DNA of 64,000 bases from an uncultured Chloroflexia bacterium. Lineage in GTDB: Bacteria; Chloroflexota; Limnocylindria; Limnocylindrales; CSP1-4. A model generated the notes under the pieces. The model did no database searches. It was not told the origin of the DNA and was given only the letters and a program-made list of their open reading frames with translations. Where the stretch lies: the NCBI GenBank assembly GCA_963791725.1, contig CAWBTQ010000005.1, positions 16,366 to 80,365 on the forward strand, written 5' to 3'. A program made the translations under genes and the position numbers. Position 1 is the first letter of the stretch. The number at the start of each line of letters is the position of its first letter. This document shows, in pieces, positions 37,698-46,253 of this stretch.

Positions 37698-39623
37698 CTA
37701 CGGCTGGGCCGACGGCGCGGCGGTTGGGGCCGGCGGCGCTCCGCAGGGGGAATATGGGTGCAGCAACGATGAGGTGCACGCGCCGTACGAGTAATCGCTC
37801 GAGTTGGCCTGGCCCGGCCCAAAGAACGGGAACGAGGCGACCATCGCAAACACGAGGTAGATGGCGAGCAGCGCGAGCGGGTTGATCCGTCGCAGCAGCC
37901 ACCACGTCATCACGACCAGGCCCAGGGCCAGGATGTCGGGGAAGATCGGATCCAGGATCGCCGCCTGCAGGTTGATCTGGGCGCCGTAGATCGAGACCGT
38001 CGGGGCCAGGTTCACGACCACGAACTTGGCCGCGAGCGCACCAAGGACCATGTTGCCGAGCACGCCGGCACCCACCAGAACGCGGTCGATCGTGCCCGAT
38101 CTGAGGATGTCGGTCACGAACGAGCGGCCGCGGGCGTAACCCTGCATCCATGCCGTGTAGCCGATCCCGACGATCACGATAGAGACCAGGACGATGTACA
38201 GGATCGCCCCCAGCGGGTTGCCGGTCGCGTTCGACAGCTGGGGCACGGTCGAGCCGCTCGCGCTGCCGCCGGCGATGCCGATCCCAAGGGCCAGCAGGAT
38301 CGGCGTGATGGTGCTCTGGCTCATCGTGTCGCCGATCCCGGCGAGCGGCCCCATCAGCCCGGACTTGACCGAGTTGATCGCGTCGTCGTCGATGGGAGCG
38401 CCGTTGGCCCGCTGCTCCTCCATGGCGATGACGGCGCCGTGGACGACGTTGCCGAAGTTGGGCTCCGTGTTGAAGAACACCAGGTGGCGCTTGAGCGCGG
38501 CCCGGATGTCGTCGGGCGTCGAATAGAGGCGGCTGATGATCGGCGTCATGGCATGGGCGAAGCCGGTGCCCTGCAGCCGCTCGTAGCTGTAGTTGGCGTG
38601 GGCGAAGAAGGTCCAGAGGACCCAGGAGTGGATCAGGTCCCGGCGCGTGACCCGGACCGCAGGCGCCGAGGCGGGCGTCGCGCCCGAGGTCGAAGCCGGT
38701 GCCGCTGCGACGGCGGCCGGCGCGGCCGCGGTCTCGGCGATCGCCTCGCTCGAAGGCCTCTCCGACCGGACGAAGTTGAGGTGCAGATACGCGAGGGCGA
38801 GGCCGAGGGCGGCGACTACGACCAGGGACATCGAGCTCCCGGTCGCGGTCATCAGGATGAAGCCTATGAAGAAGTAGGGGACCACGGAGCCGCGGAAGAT
38901 GAACCTCATGTTGAGTGCGATGCCGATGGCGGGCAGGATCCCGCCGGCGATGACCAGGCCGTTGACCATCCAGAGCGGCAGCCTGTTCAGCGCGTCCTGA
39001 ACCGCGGACGGGCCGTTGAGTGCCAGCAGGAACACGGGCACGAAGCTGGCGACGAAGAGGAAGGCCTGGCCGGGCAGCCAGTTCATGAGGGCGACGCCGC
39101 CGATGTCCGCCTTCTCGGCTCGCGCGTCGGCCCAGTGAGCGAAGACCGAATCGAGAGCCATGCGGCCGTAGAAGATGATCGTGCCGAGCAGCCCGAGACC
39201 GAAGGCGATCGGGATGGCCTTCGTGGGATCGAGGCCGCCGGCGAGGGCAACCGTGGTGCCGACCCAGCCCGCGAGGCTCGCGTCGGCGGGCAGGTTTCCT
39301 CCGGCCGAGATGAAGCCAAGGTACGGGATGTTGATCGCCGCGCCGATCAGCGTTCCCTGGGCCGGATCGCCGAGGATCAGTCCGACGAAGAAGCCGGCGA
39401 CGAGCGGCCGGTACAGGGTGAAGAAGGCGAGGCCGAAGAGCCAGGGGCTGTTGGCCAGGTAGTAGCCGAGGGCTATCAGCGCGGCCTGCCAGGCGGCCAC
39501 GCTGATCGTGTGTACGCCGGACCCGCCGGCCGGGCTCGCGCCGAGGACCGCACCCGGCATCGCCGCCGCGGCCAGCCCCAGCATCAACAGGCCCGCGCCC
39601 ACCGCCGTGTACTGCCTCTTCAT
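37698..39623 (-). CDS. PTS mannose/fructose/sorbose-family fused IIC-IID permease.
   Basis: The N-terminal half is a IIC-Man-like multi-TM domain. An Ala/Pro linker joins it to a IID domain with the signature WTFFAHANYSYERLQGTGFAHAMTPII and HLVFFNTEPNFG...MEEQRANG. The ORF is a single continuous 641-aa reading frame. Confidence 0.85.
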   Translation of the reverse strand: MKRQYTAVGAGLLMLGLAAAAMPGAVLGASPAGGSGVHTISVAAWQAALIALGYYLANSPWLFGLAFFTLYRPLVAGFFVGLILGDPAQGTLIGAAINIPYLGFISAGGNLPADASLAGWVGTTVALAGGLDPTKAIPIAFGLGLLGTIIFYGRMALDSVFAHWADARAEKADIGGVALMNWLPGQAFLFVASFVPVFLLALNGPSAVQDALNRLPLWMVNGLVIAGGILPAIGIALNMRFIFRGSVVPYFFIGFILMTATGSSMSLVVVAALGLALAYLHLNFVRSERPSSEAIAETAAAPAAVAAAPASTSGATPASAPAVRVTRRDLIHSWVLWTFFAHANYSYERLQGTGFAHAMTPIISRLYSTPDDIRAALKRHLVFFNTEPNFGNVVHGAVIAMEEQRANGAPIDDDAINSVKSGLMGPLAGIGDTMSQSTITPILLALGIGIAGGSASGSTVPQLSNATGNPLGAILYIVLVSIVIVGIGYTAWMQGYARGRSFVTDILRSGTIDRVLVGAGVLGNMVLGALAAKFVVVNLAPTVSIYGAQINLQAAILDPIFPDILALGLVVMTWWLLRRINPLALLAIYLVFAMVASFPFFGPGQANSSDYSYGACTSSLLHPYSPCGAPPAPTAAPSAQP

Positions 39624-39651
39624 TCGATCCTCCCAGCTCCGCCCGCGCGGC

Positions 39652-40134
39652 TCAATTGCCCGAATCGACCGACCGGAACGGGATCGGGCGGTCGTCAGCG
39701 ACGATCTGGATCTCGACCCGAGTCCCCAGCTGCTCCAGCGCCCGCAGGTCCCGGATCTCGCCCGGGCTCGCGGAGATCGTCTTGTGGAGGCGTCGCCGAC
39801 CCGGCGCCGCGCCCAAACCGCCCAGATCCACGACCTCTATCGGGACGCCGGCCTCTCGCAGACTCAGGATCGTACGCGGCGAGCGAGCCAGGACCATGAC
39901 GGGTTCCGGAGCCCCGGCCAGCTCCAGACAACGCACCGCCCCCGATGCCAGGTCGTGGACCTCGACCCGGACCCCCTGCGGCGAGGCCAGCGTCAGCACC
40001 TCGCGCAGGAATTCGTCGCGAGCGGTCTCGTCGTCCACGATCACGATCCGCTCCGCGCCGAGAGCGCGCAGCCACACGGCCACGACCTGGCCGTGGATCA
40101 GGCGATCGTCGATCCGGACGAGGCGGAGGCTCAT
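39652..40134 (-). CDS. PTS mannose-family IIB component.
   Basis: The phosphohistidine signature RIDDRLIHGQV is present near the N-terminus in a 160-aa protein. Confidence 0.85.
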   Translation of the reverse strand: MSLRLVRIDDRLIHGQVVAVWLRALGAERIVIVDDETARDEFLREVLTLASPQGVRVEVHDLASGAVRCLELAGAPEPVMVLARSPRTILSLREAGVPIEVVDLGGLGAAPGRRRLHKTISASPGEIRDLRALEQLGTRVEIQIVADDRPIPFRSVDSGN

Positions 40135-40147
40135 GGAATGGACGGCG

Positions 40148-40579
40148 TCAGGAGGCGCGGCGGGCGCGATGACGCTCCGTCTCGACGATGCCCGCGCGCC
40201 CCACCTCGAGCAGCCGTTCCAGCAGCTCTTCGTCGAGGTCGCCGTCGGCGAGCGCCGCCTCGACGGCCATCGCCAGGTTCGCCCCGGAGAGGCAGACGAT
40301 GCGGGGTGACCGCCGGGCGATGGCCGAGGCCACGTTGAAGGGGGTGCCGCCGAGCAGATCGGTCAGCACGAGTACGCGGCGTGCCCGGCCGGAGTGGCCG
40401 GGATCGCGGCTACCGTCGATCGCGGCTCGGAGAGCGTCGGCGTATCCGTCGGGCGACTCTTCCGGCTCGATGGCCACGGCCGCGGCGTCGGCGATGGGTC
40501 CGCAGATCATCTCTGCGGTGGCGAGCAGCGCAGCAGGAAGCTGCCCGTGACCGGCGATGACGATTCGGAACGCCCGCAC
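40148..40579 (-). CDS. PTS mannose-family IIA component.
   Basis: IVIAGHGQL with a His phosphorylation site, LTDLLGGTPFN and GANLAMAV match EIIA-Man blocks. The start is the GTG at 40579, with an ACGGAGGA RBS. Confidence 0.78.
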   Translation of the reverse strand: MRAFRIVIAGHGQLPAALLATAEMICGPIADAAAVAIEPEESPDGYADALRAAIDGSRDPGHSGRARRVLVLTDLLGGTPFNVASAIARRSPRIVCLSGANLAMAVEAALADGDLDEELLERLLEVGRAGIVETERHRARRAS

Positions 40580-40713
40580 TGGATCCTCCGTTGGATGCTG
40601 GCCGCTTGACCCTGAGATTAGTTCCTGCAAATATTCGCACGCAATGGCTTGCACTGGATTGCGTTGCGGTATCGTCGCGTCCCGCGGCGATCGTGTCAAG
40701 AAAGGGACCCGTC

Positions 40714-41732
40714 GTGGCTGACCGTGAGGCTCTCAGCGGCGCCGCGAGCGACCTGGCCGCAGCCGGTGCGGCCGAATCAACCAGCGGGCGGGAGATGATG
40801 CGGCTGGTCGCCCAGCTCTATTACGTTCGAGAGCTCGGCCAGCCGGAGATAGCCGCCTTGACCGGGTTCTCGGTCTCGAAGGTTTCGCGGCTGCTGGCCG
40901 CGGCCCGCGCCGCGGGCGTCGTCCACATCTCCGTCGAGGGCGCGCCTTCCGCCCCGACTCCTCTGGCGCGGGCGTTGTCGGACCGGCTGGGGATCGAAGT
41001 CTGGGTGACTCCCGGGCACGAAACGGCGCCCGCTCTTGCGGCGAGGCTGTGCGGCGTCGCCGCCGCCGCTCGCCTGGCCAACGAGTTGCCCGACGAAGGC
41101 GCGATCGGCCTGACCGGCGGCTACACGGTCGAGTCGCTGGTCAATGCGCTGCCCGTTGGGTCGCGCTCGGGCGTTGTCGTGGTTCCCCTGGTCGGCGGCT
41201 GGGACTCGAGCAATCCGCATCTCAACAGCAACGAGATCGCCCGCCACATGGCCGCGCGCATCGGGGCCGGGGTGCGGATGCTGCACGCCCCGGGCTGCTC
41301 GACAACGAGGCAACCACGGCCGCCCTTCTGTCGGACAGCGCCGTCACGGCCACTACCCGATTCTGGAGCGAGCTGCGGCTTGCGCTCGTCGGGATGAGCG
41401 GCGCGCCCCGCTTCGCTCCTGGCTACGGCACGGTGATGGACCGGCTCGACGACGCAGGGCGGGCCCGCCTGACCGAAAAGGGTGCCGTAGGAGACGTCGC
41501 CGGCCACCTGGTCCGGCTCGACGGTTCGCTCGTCCAGGACGAATGGGAGCGCCGCACGATCTCGATCCCGATCGACACGCTCCGGGCGGTGCCGCGCGTC
41601 GTGGGCATCGCCGCGGGCGCGAACAAGATCGAGACGATCGTGGCCGGGTCGCGGACGGGCCTTCTGCACCTGCTCATCACCGACGAGCCGACCGCGGCCG
41701 CCGCGCTCGAACTGCTGGCCTCGGGCAGATAA
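40714..41732 (+). pseudogene. SorC/DeoR-family sugar-binding regulator, frameshifted (a pseudogene or a sequencing error).
   Basis: An N-terminal HTH (RLVAQLYYVRELGQPEIAALTGFSVSKVSRLL) is followed by a sugar-binding domain. The reading frame switches from +1 to 0 at about 41290-41296, inside a cccc/ggg run (MLHAPG | LLDNEATTAALLSD). The 1019-nt length is not a multiple of 3. Confidence 0.7.
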
Positions 41733-41831
41733 TCCGCACGGGACCGAGCCACCGCTCCCCGCTGAGCCACCTCGGCGGTATAGTCAGTTTCGAGGTATCC
41801 CCCTCAAGATGGCCTCGCTACCGGGTCAGGC

Positions 41832-42302
41832 GTGATCGGGGGGTTCGGAATGGCGGCACATCGGCCGGCGACGGCACCCAACGCGCGCGGCGCCAGGATC
41901 AGCGGGATGGCGTTCGCGGTCGGCGGAGCGATCGTAGTGATCGGCGGAGTCGTCTCGATGCTGGTCGGTCAGCCGGAGGCCGCCCACGATCTCGCCCCGC
42001 TCACCGGACCGGGGGATCTCGTCGCGCGGTTCGGTCAAATGGCGCCGCTGCTGGCGGCGGTCGTCGCGGCGGCGGTGGTTATCGGAGTCTCGCTTCTGCT
42101 GGCGTCGCGGCGGCTCGACCCGGCCGCGGCCGCGATCGAGCTGCTGGTCCTCGGCGCGGCGATCGACGTCTGCATCGGTGGGGCGGCCGGCAGGATCGGC
42201 CACGCGACCACCGGCGGCGTGCTCGGTGCAGCTGTGGCCTGCGTGATGGGCGGGACGGCCGTCATCGCCGGCGGCATCGTCGGCGTGTTGAGCCGCGAAT
42301 GA
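41832..42302 (+). CDS. Hypothetical Gly/Ala-rich small membrane protein.
   Basis: The 156-aa protein has 4 predicted TM helices and no recognised homology. It could also be a GC-frame artefact. Confidence 0.4.
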   Translation: MIGGFGMAAHRPATAPNARGARISGMAFAVGGAIVVIGGVVSMLVGQPEAAHDLAPLTGPGDLVARFGQMAPLLAAVVAAAVVIGVSLLLASRRLDPAAAAIELLVLGAAIDVCIGGAAGRIGHATTGGVLGAAVACVMGGTAVIAGGIVGVLSRE

Positions 42303-42312
42303 CGGCCCCGTC

Positions 42313-43743
42313 GTGACCGCGCCCAAGGAGGATCAGTCCAAGCACGCTCTCGATGACGAAGGCGCGGCGCCGCCGCGGCCGGCTCGCCCCCGGCTCAGGC
42401 CGGCGCGAACTTTCGAGAGCGGCATCGGCGCAATCCTGATGATCGACGCCCTGGCGCTGCTTCTGGTCATTGCCTCGGGCCCGGCGGCCTATCTCTGGAT
42501 CGACTCGACGCATCCGAGCCCGATCGTCGCGACGGCCGCGCCGGGGACGGCCGGGAGTGCCGCGCCGACGGTGGCGGCAACGGCGAGCGCAAGACCTATG
42601 ACGGGTGCGTCGGCGAGCCAGGGCCCGGGCGTCTCCGGGGGAGCGTCGACGAAGCCGGCCACAGGAGACGGCACGTGGACCAGCACCGACTCGCTGCCGC
42701 AACCGACATGGGCCACCGCCACCGTGACACTCCACGACGGTCGGGTGATGGTCCTCGGTGGGGCGGCTGGGCGATCGAGCTTCGACGCGCTGGCATCTGC
42801 GTTGATCTTCGATCCGGCGACCGGCAGGTGGAGCGCCGCCACCGACATGCTCCAGCCGCGTGCCTACGCCATGGCCGTGACGCTGCCCGACGACTCCGTG
42901 CTCGTCGCCGGCGGCTCGCGCGACGGCCAGCCACTCGACACCGCGGAGCGCTACTACCCGGGCAACGGGACGTGGGTGGCCGCCGGGCGGCTCAACCTCC
43001 CGCGTACTCAGGGGGCGCTCACGCTCCTGAAGGACGGTCGGGTTCTGGCGACCGGCGGCGGGATCGAAGGCGGCCCCGACTGGAACGCGACGGCCACAGC
43101 CGAGATCTTCGATCCGGCTCGCGGCACCTGGACCCTGGCAGGCCCGATGGCGGTTGCCAGAGCCCGGCACACCGCAACACTGCTGCCCGACGGCGAGGTG
43201 CTGGTCACCGGGGGAGCGACGAAGTTCCAGGGCGATACCGGCTCCGTGACTGCGAAGGCCGAGATATTCAATCCCGGCACCAACTCATGGCGGCCCGCCG
43301 CCCCGATGTCCAAGCCGCGCTACGTCCATGCGGCGGCGCTGCTGAACGACGGACGGGTGCTGGTGGCAGGCGGCTGGTATGCCACGAGCAACAGCGACCC
43401 GAGCCACAACACGGCCGAGATCTACGACCCGTCGACGAACACGTGGACGGCGACGGGGTCGATGACCGGCGCCCGAGCCGACTACACCCTGGTCAAGCTG
43501 GGGGACGGTCGGCTGCTGGCGGCCGGAGGTGTCGACCCGGCCTATGCGGTCCAGGCCAGCAGCGAGATCTACGATCCGGCGACGGGAGCCTGGTCCGCGA
43601 CGAGCAGACTGCTGGTAGGGACGATGTGGCCGGCGGTCAGTCTGCTGCCGGACGGGCGGGTGCTCCTCGCAGGCGGAGCCCTGGACGCGCTCGCGGCTCA
43701 TCTGACCGCCGCCTGCCAGATCTACTCGCCGGCGGCGCCCTAG
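42313..43743 (+). CDS. Membrane-anchored Kelch-repeat (galactose-oxidase-like beta-propeller) protein.
   Basis: An N-terminal TM helix and a Thr/Ala/Pro linker precede 7-8 Kelch-like blades (repeated DGRVLV/ATGG ... P/ARxxHTAT/AALL motifs). The start is the GTG at 42313, and its exact position is uncertain. Confidence 0.78.
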   Translation: MTAPKEDQSKHALDDEGAAPPRPARPRLRPARTFESGIGAILMIDALALLLVIASGPAAYLWIDSTHPSPIVATAAPGTAGSAAPTVAATASARPMTGASASQGPGVSGGASTKPATGDGTWTSTDSLPQPTWATATVTLHDGRVMVLGGAAGRSSFDALASALIFDPATGRWSAATDMLQPRAYAMAVTLPDDSVLVAGGSRDGQPLDTAERYYPGNGTWVAAGRLNLPRTQGALTLLKDGRVLATGGGIEGGPDWNATATAEIFDPARGTWTLAGPMAVARARHTATLLPDGEVLVTGGATKFQGDTGSVTAKAEIFNPGTNSWRPAAPMSKPRYVHAAALLNDGRVLVAGGWYATSNSDPSHNTAEIYDPSTNTWTATGSMTGARADYTLVKLGDGRLLAAGGVDPAYAVQASSEIYDPATGAWSATSRLLVGTMWPAVSLLPDGRVLLAGGALDALAAHLTAACQIYSPAAP

Positions 43744-43826
43744 GACGGCACGCCGTTAGCTGGCGGAGGCGATTGCGCGGGCCTACAGTGGATTCGGACG
43801 GGCGAGGCAGAGCTGGAGGGGACGGA

Positions 43827-44180
43827 GTGCGGTTCCTGGGTCGAGGCAGCCGAGCGGGGGGCGACCGGCTTGCGGCCGGATCGATAGTCGTCGTCGAGGG
43901 CGGGCGATCGACGACAGTTGCGGTCCAACCGGGCCAGAAGATCGTGGTGGGTCGCGATCCCGGGTCAGGCATCGTGCTGGGCGACCCGCGGGTGAGCCCC
44001 AGCCATACCCTGATCGAGCGCAGCGGGCCCGGCTGGCTGGTCAGCAGCCTGGACGCCGCCAACCCCACCTGGATCCTCGACCCGACCGGTCGCGCCCAGC
44101 CGATCCTGGTCGAGCTCGGCCTCCGATCCGGGGAGTTGGTAGTGGGCGGCTGCCAGCTGTTGCTGTATCCGCCGTCCTAG
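43827..44180 (+). CDS. FHA-domain protein (small).
   Basis: GRDPGSGIVLGDPRVSPSHTLIER...NPTWI is an FHA signature (G-R...S/T-R-x-H, N-G). The start is the GTG at 43827 with a GGAGGG RBS; an alternative in-frame start lies at 43788. Confidence 0.7.
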   Translation: MRFLGRGSRAGGDRLAAGSIVVVEGGRSTTVAVQPGQKIVVGRDPGSGIVLGDPRVSPSHTLIERSGPGWLVSSLDAANPTWILDPTGRAQPILVELGLRSGELVVGGCQLLLYPPS

Positions 44181-44220
44181 CAGCCCGACGGTCCGCGCGG
44201 ATAGGCCCCACTGAAAGGTT

Positions 44221-44295
44221 TGGAGGGCCGTGTGGGATTCGAACCCACGACCAGCCGATTAAAAGTCGGCCGCTCTACCGCTGAGCTAACGGCCC
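44221..44295 (-). tRNA. tRNA-Lys (anticodon TTT).
   Basis: The cloverleaf is GGGCCGT/ACGGCCC acceptor, D-arm GCTCAGCGGTAGAGC, anticodon loop CTTTTAA, T-arm GTGGGTTCGAATCCCAC, and an encoded CCA. Confidence 0.9.
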
Positions 44296-44366
44296 TCGAG
44301 GAGTACGCGGCAGTGCGCGCCATAGTATCGCCCGCCGCCCCGATCGCGATTGTGCTCCGCCCAGTG

Positions 44367-46136
44367 CTACGGGTTCAGGTCCTTGACCGCGGCCAGTAGC
44401 TGCGCATCCGTGGTCGACTTGAACTGAGTAGCCGTCAGCGACCCGAGCGTCGTCGGGTCCAACGGCAGGGCGCCCGGCCCCAGTGCGACCGTCTGGTCGG
44501 GCTTGATCCCGACCCCAAAGATGCGATGGCCCTTGGGCGTAAGCCAGTAGCGTGTCCCGAGGAATATGACCGAGCCGTCCGAGAGCTGGAACTGCTGGAG
44601 CACGGTGCCGGTTCCAAAGGTGGCCATACCGACGATCTTGGCTCTGCTGGAATCCTGGAGGGCTCCGGCCACGATTTCCGACGAGCTGGCCGAGTCATGG
44701 TCGACAAGGACGACGAGGGGCAGGCTCGTATGAGTCTGGCTCGGGTCGACGTTGATGTCGGTGTTGTTGCCCGCGGCATCCTGCTCGATATAGACGACGC
44801 CGCTCTTGAGGAACTCGCTCGCCACTTCCTGCGCTTCGGTGGCATAACCGCCGGGGTTGCCGCGCAGGTCCAGGATGATCGACGTGGCTCCGGCCTTCTG
44901 GGCCGCCGTGAGGTCGGTCTTCAGCTGGTCGCTCGCCCCGGTCGAGAACTCGACCAGCGCGATGTCGGCGGTATGAGTACCCGGGATCATCCCCCAGCCT
45001 GTCAGAGGCACGCTGATGTTCGCGCGGGTGATCGTGAGGTCAACGGGCGTCGGCGATCCAACGTGCAGGACAGTGATCTTGACCTGCGTCCCGGCTTTCC
45101 CGCGCACCTTGGCTGTCAGCTCGTCGATGGTCAATCCGGTGGTCGTGGCGCCGTCGACGGCTGTGATGACGTCGCCGACCTTGACGCCGGCGGCTTCGGC
45201 CGGAGACCCGGCGACGACTCGTTCGACTGTGAATGCCCCGCTGCTGTCCGACAGGATTACGCCGATGCCGGCGACGCTGGCGCTCAGCGAGGCCTGGAGG
45301 GACTGGTAATCCTGGGGCGTGAGGAAGGTGGAGTGGCCGGTGTCGCCCAGGCTGTCCACCAGCCCCTTGATGGCGCCGTAGACGAGCTGCTGATCGGTGA
45401 TCGACGACCGCCCGACGAAGTTCTGCTTGATGATCTGGATCGCTTCGTTGTAGAGGCTCGAATCCTGGAGTGAGCCGTTGGGCCCGATCGTGGCTCCGGG
45501 CCCGTTCGGCGAGGTCGTGTTGGGGAAGAACGAGTGGTCCACCAGCATCCCGCCGGAGAAGGCGATCAGGCATGCAGCGATGACGGCGAGGATCTGCGGG
45601 AGCCGGCTGGGCCGCGTGCGGGCTGCGTCCCCGACGGGCGGCACGGTTCCATATCCGCCAAAACCGGGCGTCGGGCCTGGGCCCCAGCCCGGCTGGGGCT
45701 GCCACGGCGAGGCCGTCGGGGGCTGACCCCAGCTCTGGCCCGGCTGCCAGGCTGGTGGTGCGGGTGGTGCGGGCGGCGCGGGCGGCGCTCCCCAGCTCTG
45801 GCCCGGCTGCCAGGCAGGCGGCGGCGGCGGGGCGCCCCACGGGTTGGGCTGGTTTGGCGCCGGCGCGCTCCACTGTGGCGGTGGCGCCGGAGCCATCCAG
45901 CCGCTCGGCGCGGCCGGTGGTGTGGGCGGCGCGGGCTGCCCGGGCTCTTCCGGTGTGGTGGAGGCCGGCTCGCCCGGCGAGCTCGCCGGCGGAGCGGATT
46001 GGTCGGCTGAGTCGCCCGATTCTCCACCGTACAGTCCGTTCGCCGCCGCATCTGCCCTGGGATCGGGGCCGGGGGAATTGGCCGCGTCGTCGGGCGGCGT
46101 CCCCGAACCTTCCCACTGCTTGTTGTCGTTCTGCAT
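44367..46136 (-). CDS. C-terminal processing protease (S41, CtpA-like) with a Pro-rich N-terminal region.
   Basis: A PDZ domain (GVKVGDVITAVDG) and the S41 catalytic region (GNPGGY...SASSSEIVAGAL...) are present. A TM helix follows about 190 aa of Pro/Trp/Gln-rich repeats (PPAWQPGQSWG). The start is the ATG at 46136, with a GGAGG RBS; the ORF extension beyond it runs into the tRNA-fMet gene. Confidence 0.85.
   Translation of the reverse strand: MQNDNKQWEGSGTPPDDAANSPGPDPRADAAANGLYGGESGDSADQSAPPASSPGEPASTTPEEPGQPAPPTPPAAPSGWMAPAPPPQWSAPAPNQPNPWGAPPPPPAWQPGQSWGAPPAPPAPPAPPAWQPGQSWGQPPTASPWQPQPGWGPGPTPGFGGYGTVPPVGDAARTRPSRLPQILAVIAACLIAFSGGMLVDHSFFPNTTSPNGPGATIGPNGSLQDSSLYNEAIQIIKQNFVGRSSITDQQLVYGAIKGLVDSLGDTGHSTFLTPQDYQSLQASLSASVAGIGVILSDSSGAFTVERVVAGSPAEAAGVKVGDVITAVDGATTTGLTIDELTAKVRGKAGTQVKITVLHVGSPTPVDLTITRANISVPLTGWGMIPGTHTADIALVEFSTGASDQLKTDLTAAQKAGATSIILDLRGNPGGYATEAQEVASEFLKSGVVYIEQDAAGNNTDINVDPSQTHTSLPLVVLVDHDSASSSEIVAGALQDSSRAKIVGMATFGTGTVLQQFQLSDGSVIFLGTRYWLTPKGHRIFGVGIKPDQTVALGPGALPLDPTTLGSLTATQFKSTTDAQLLAAVKDLNP
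45728..45813. repeat. Imperfect tandem DNA repeat inside the Pro-rich coding region.
   Basis: cccagctctggcccggctgccagg occurs at 45728-45751 and again at 45790-45813, separated by GC-rich filler. It encodes the PPAWQPGQSWG peptide repeats. Confidence 0.5.
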
Positions 46137-46253
46137 GCCAGGCCTCCACATTTCGCTGCAGCGCACATGATGGCCCACCTGGCCCGACGCGAATGCTGAA
46201 GGGTGCCGCGTTGCGAGCGAGGTCGTACGATCTGCCCAGGAGATGCGACGCTT

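Noticed and set aside
41832-44295. Possible genomic island inserted at tRNA-Lys (PTS, Kelch and FHA genes adjacent to the tRNA 3' end).
   Set aside because: No integrase, no direct repeat of the tRNA 3' end and no GC-content or codon shift were found. The similar GTTCGAATCC at 47241 is just the T-arm of the second tRNA.
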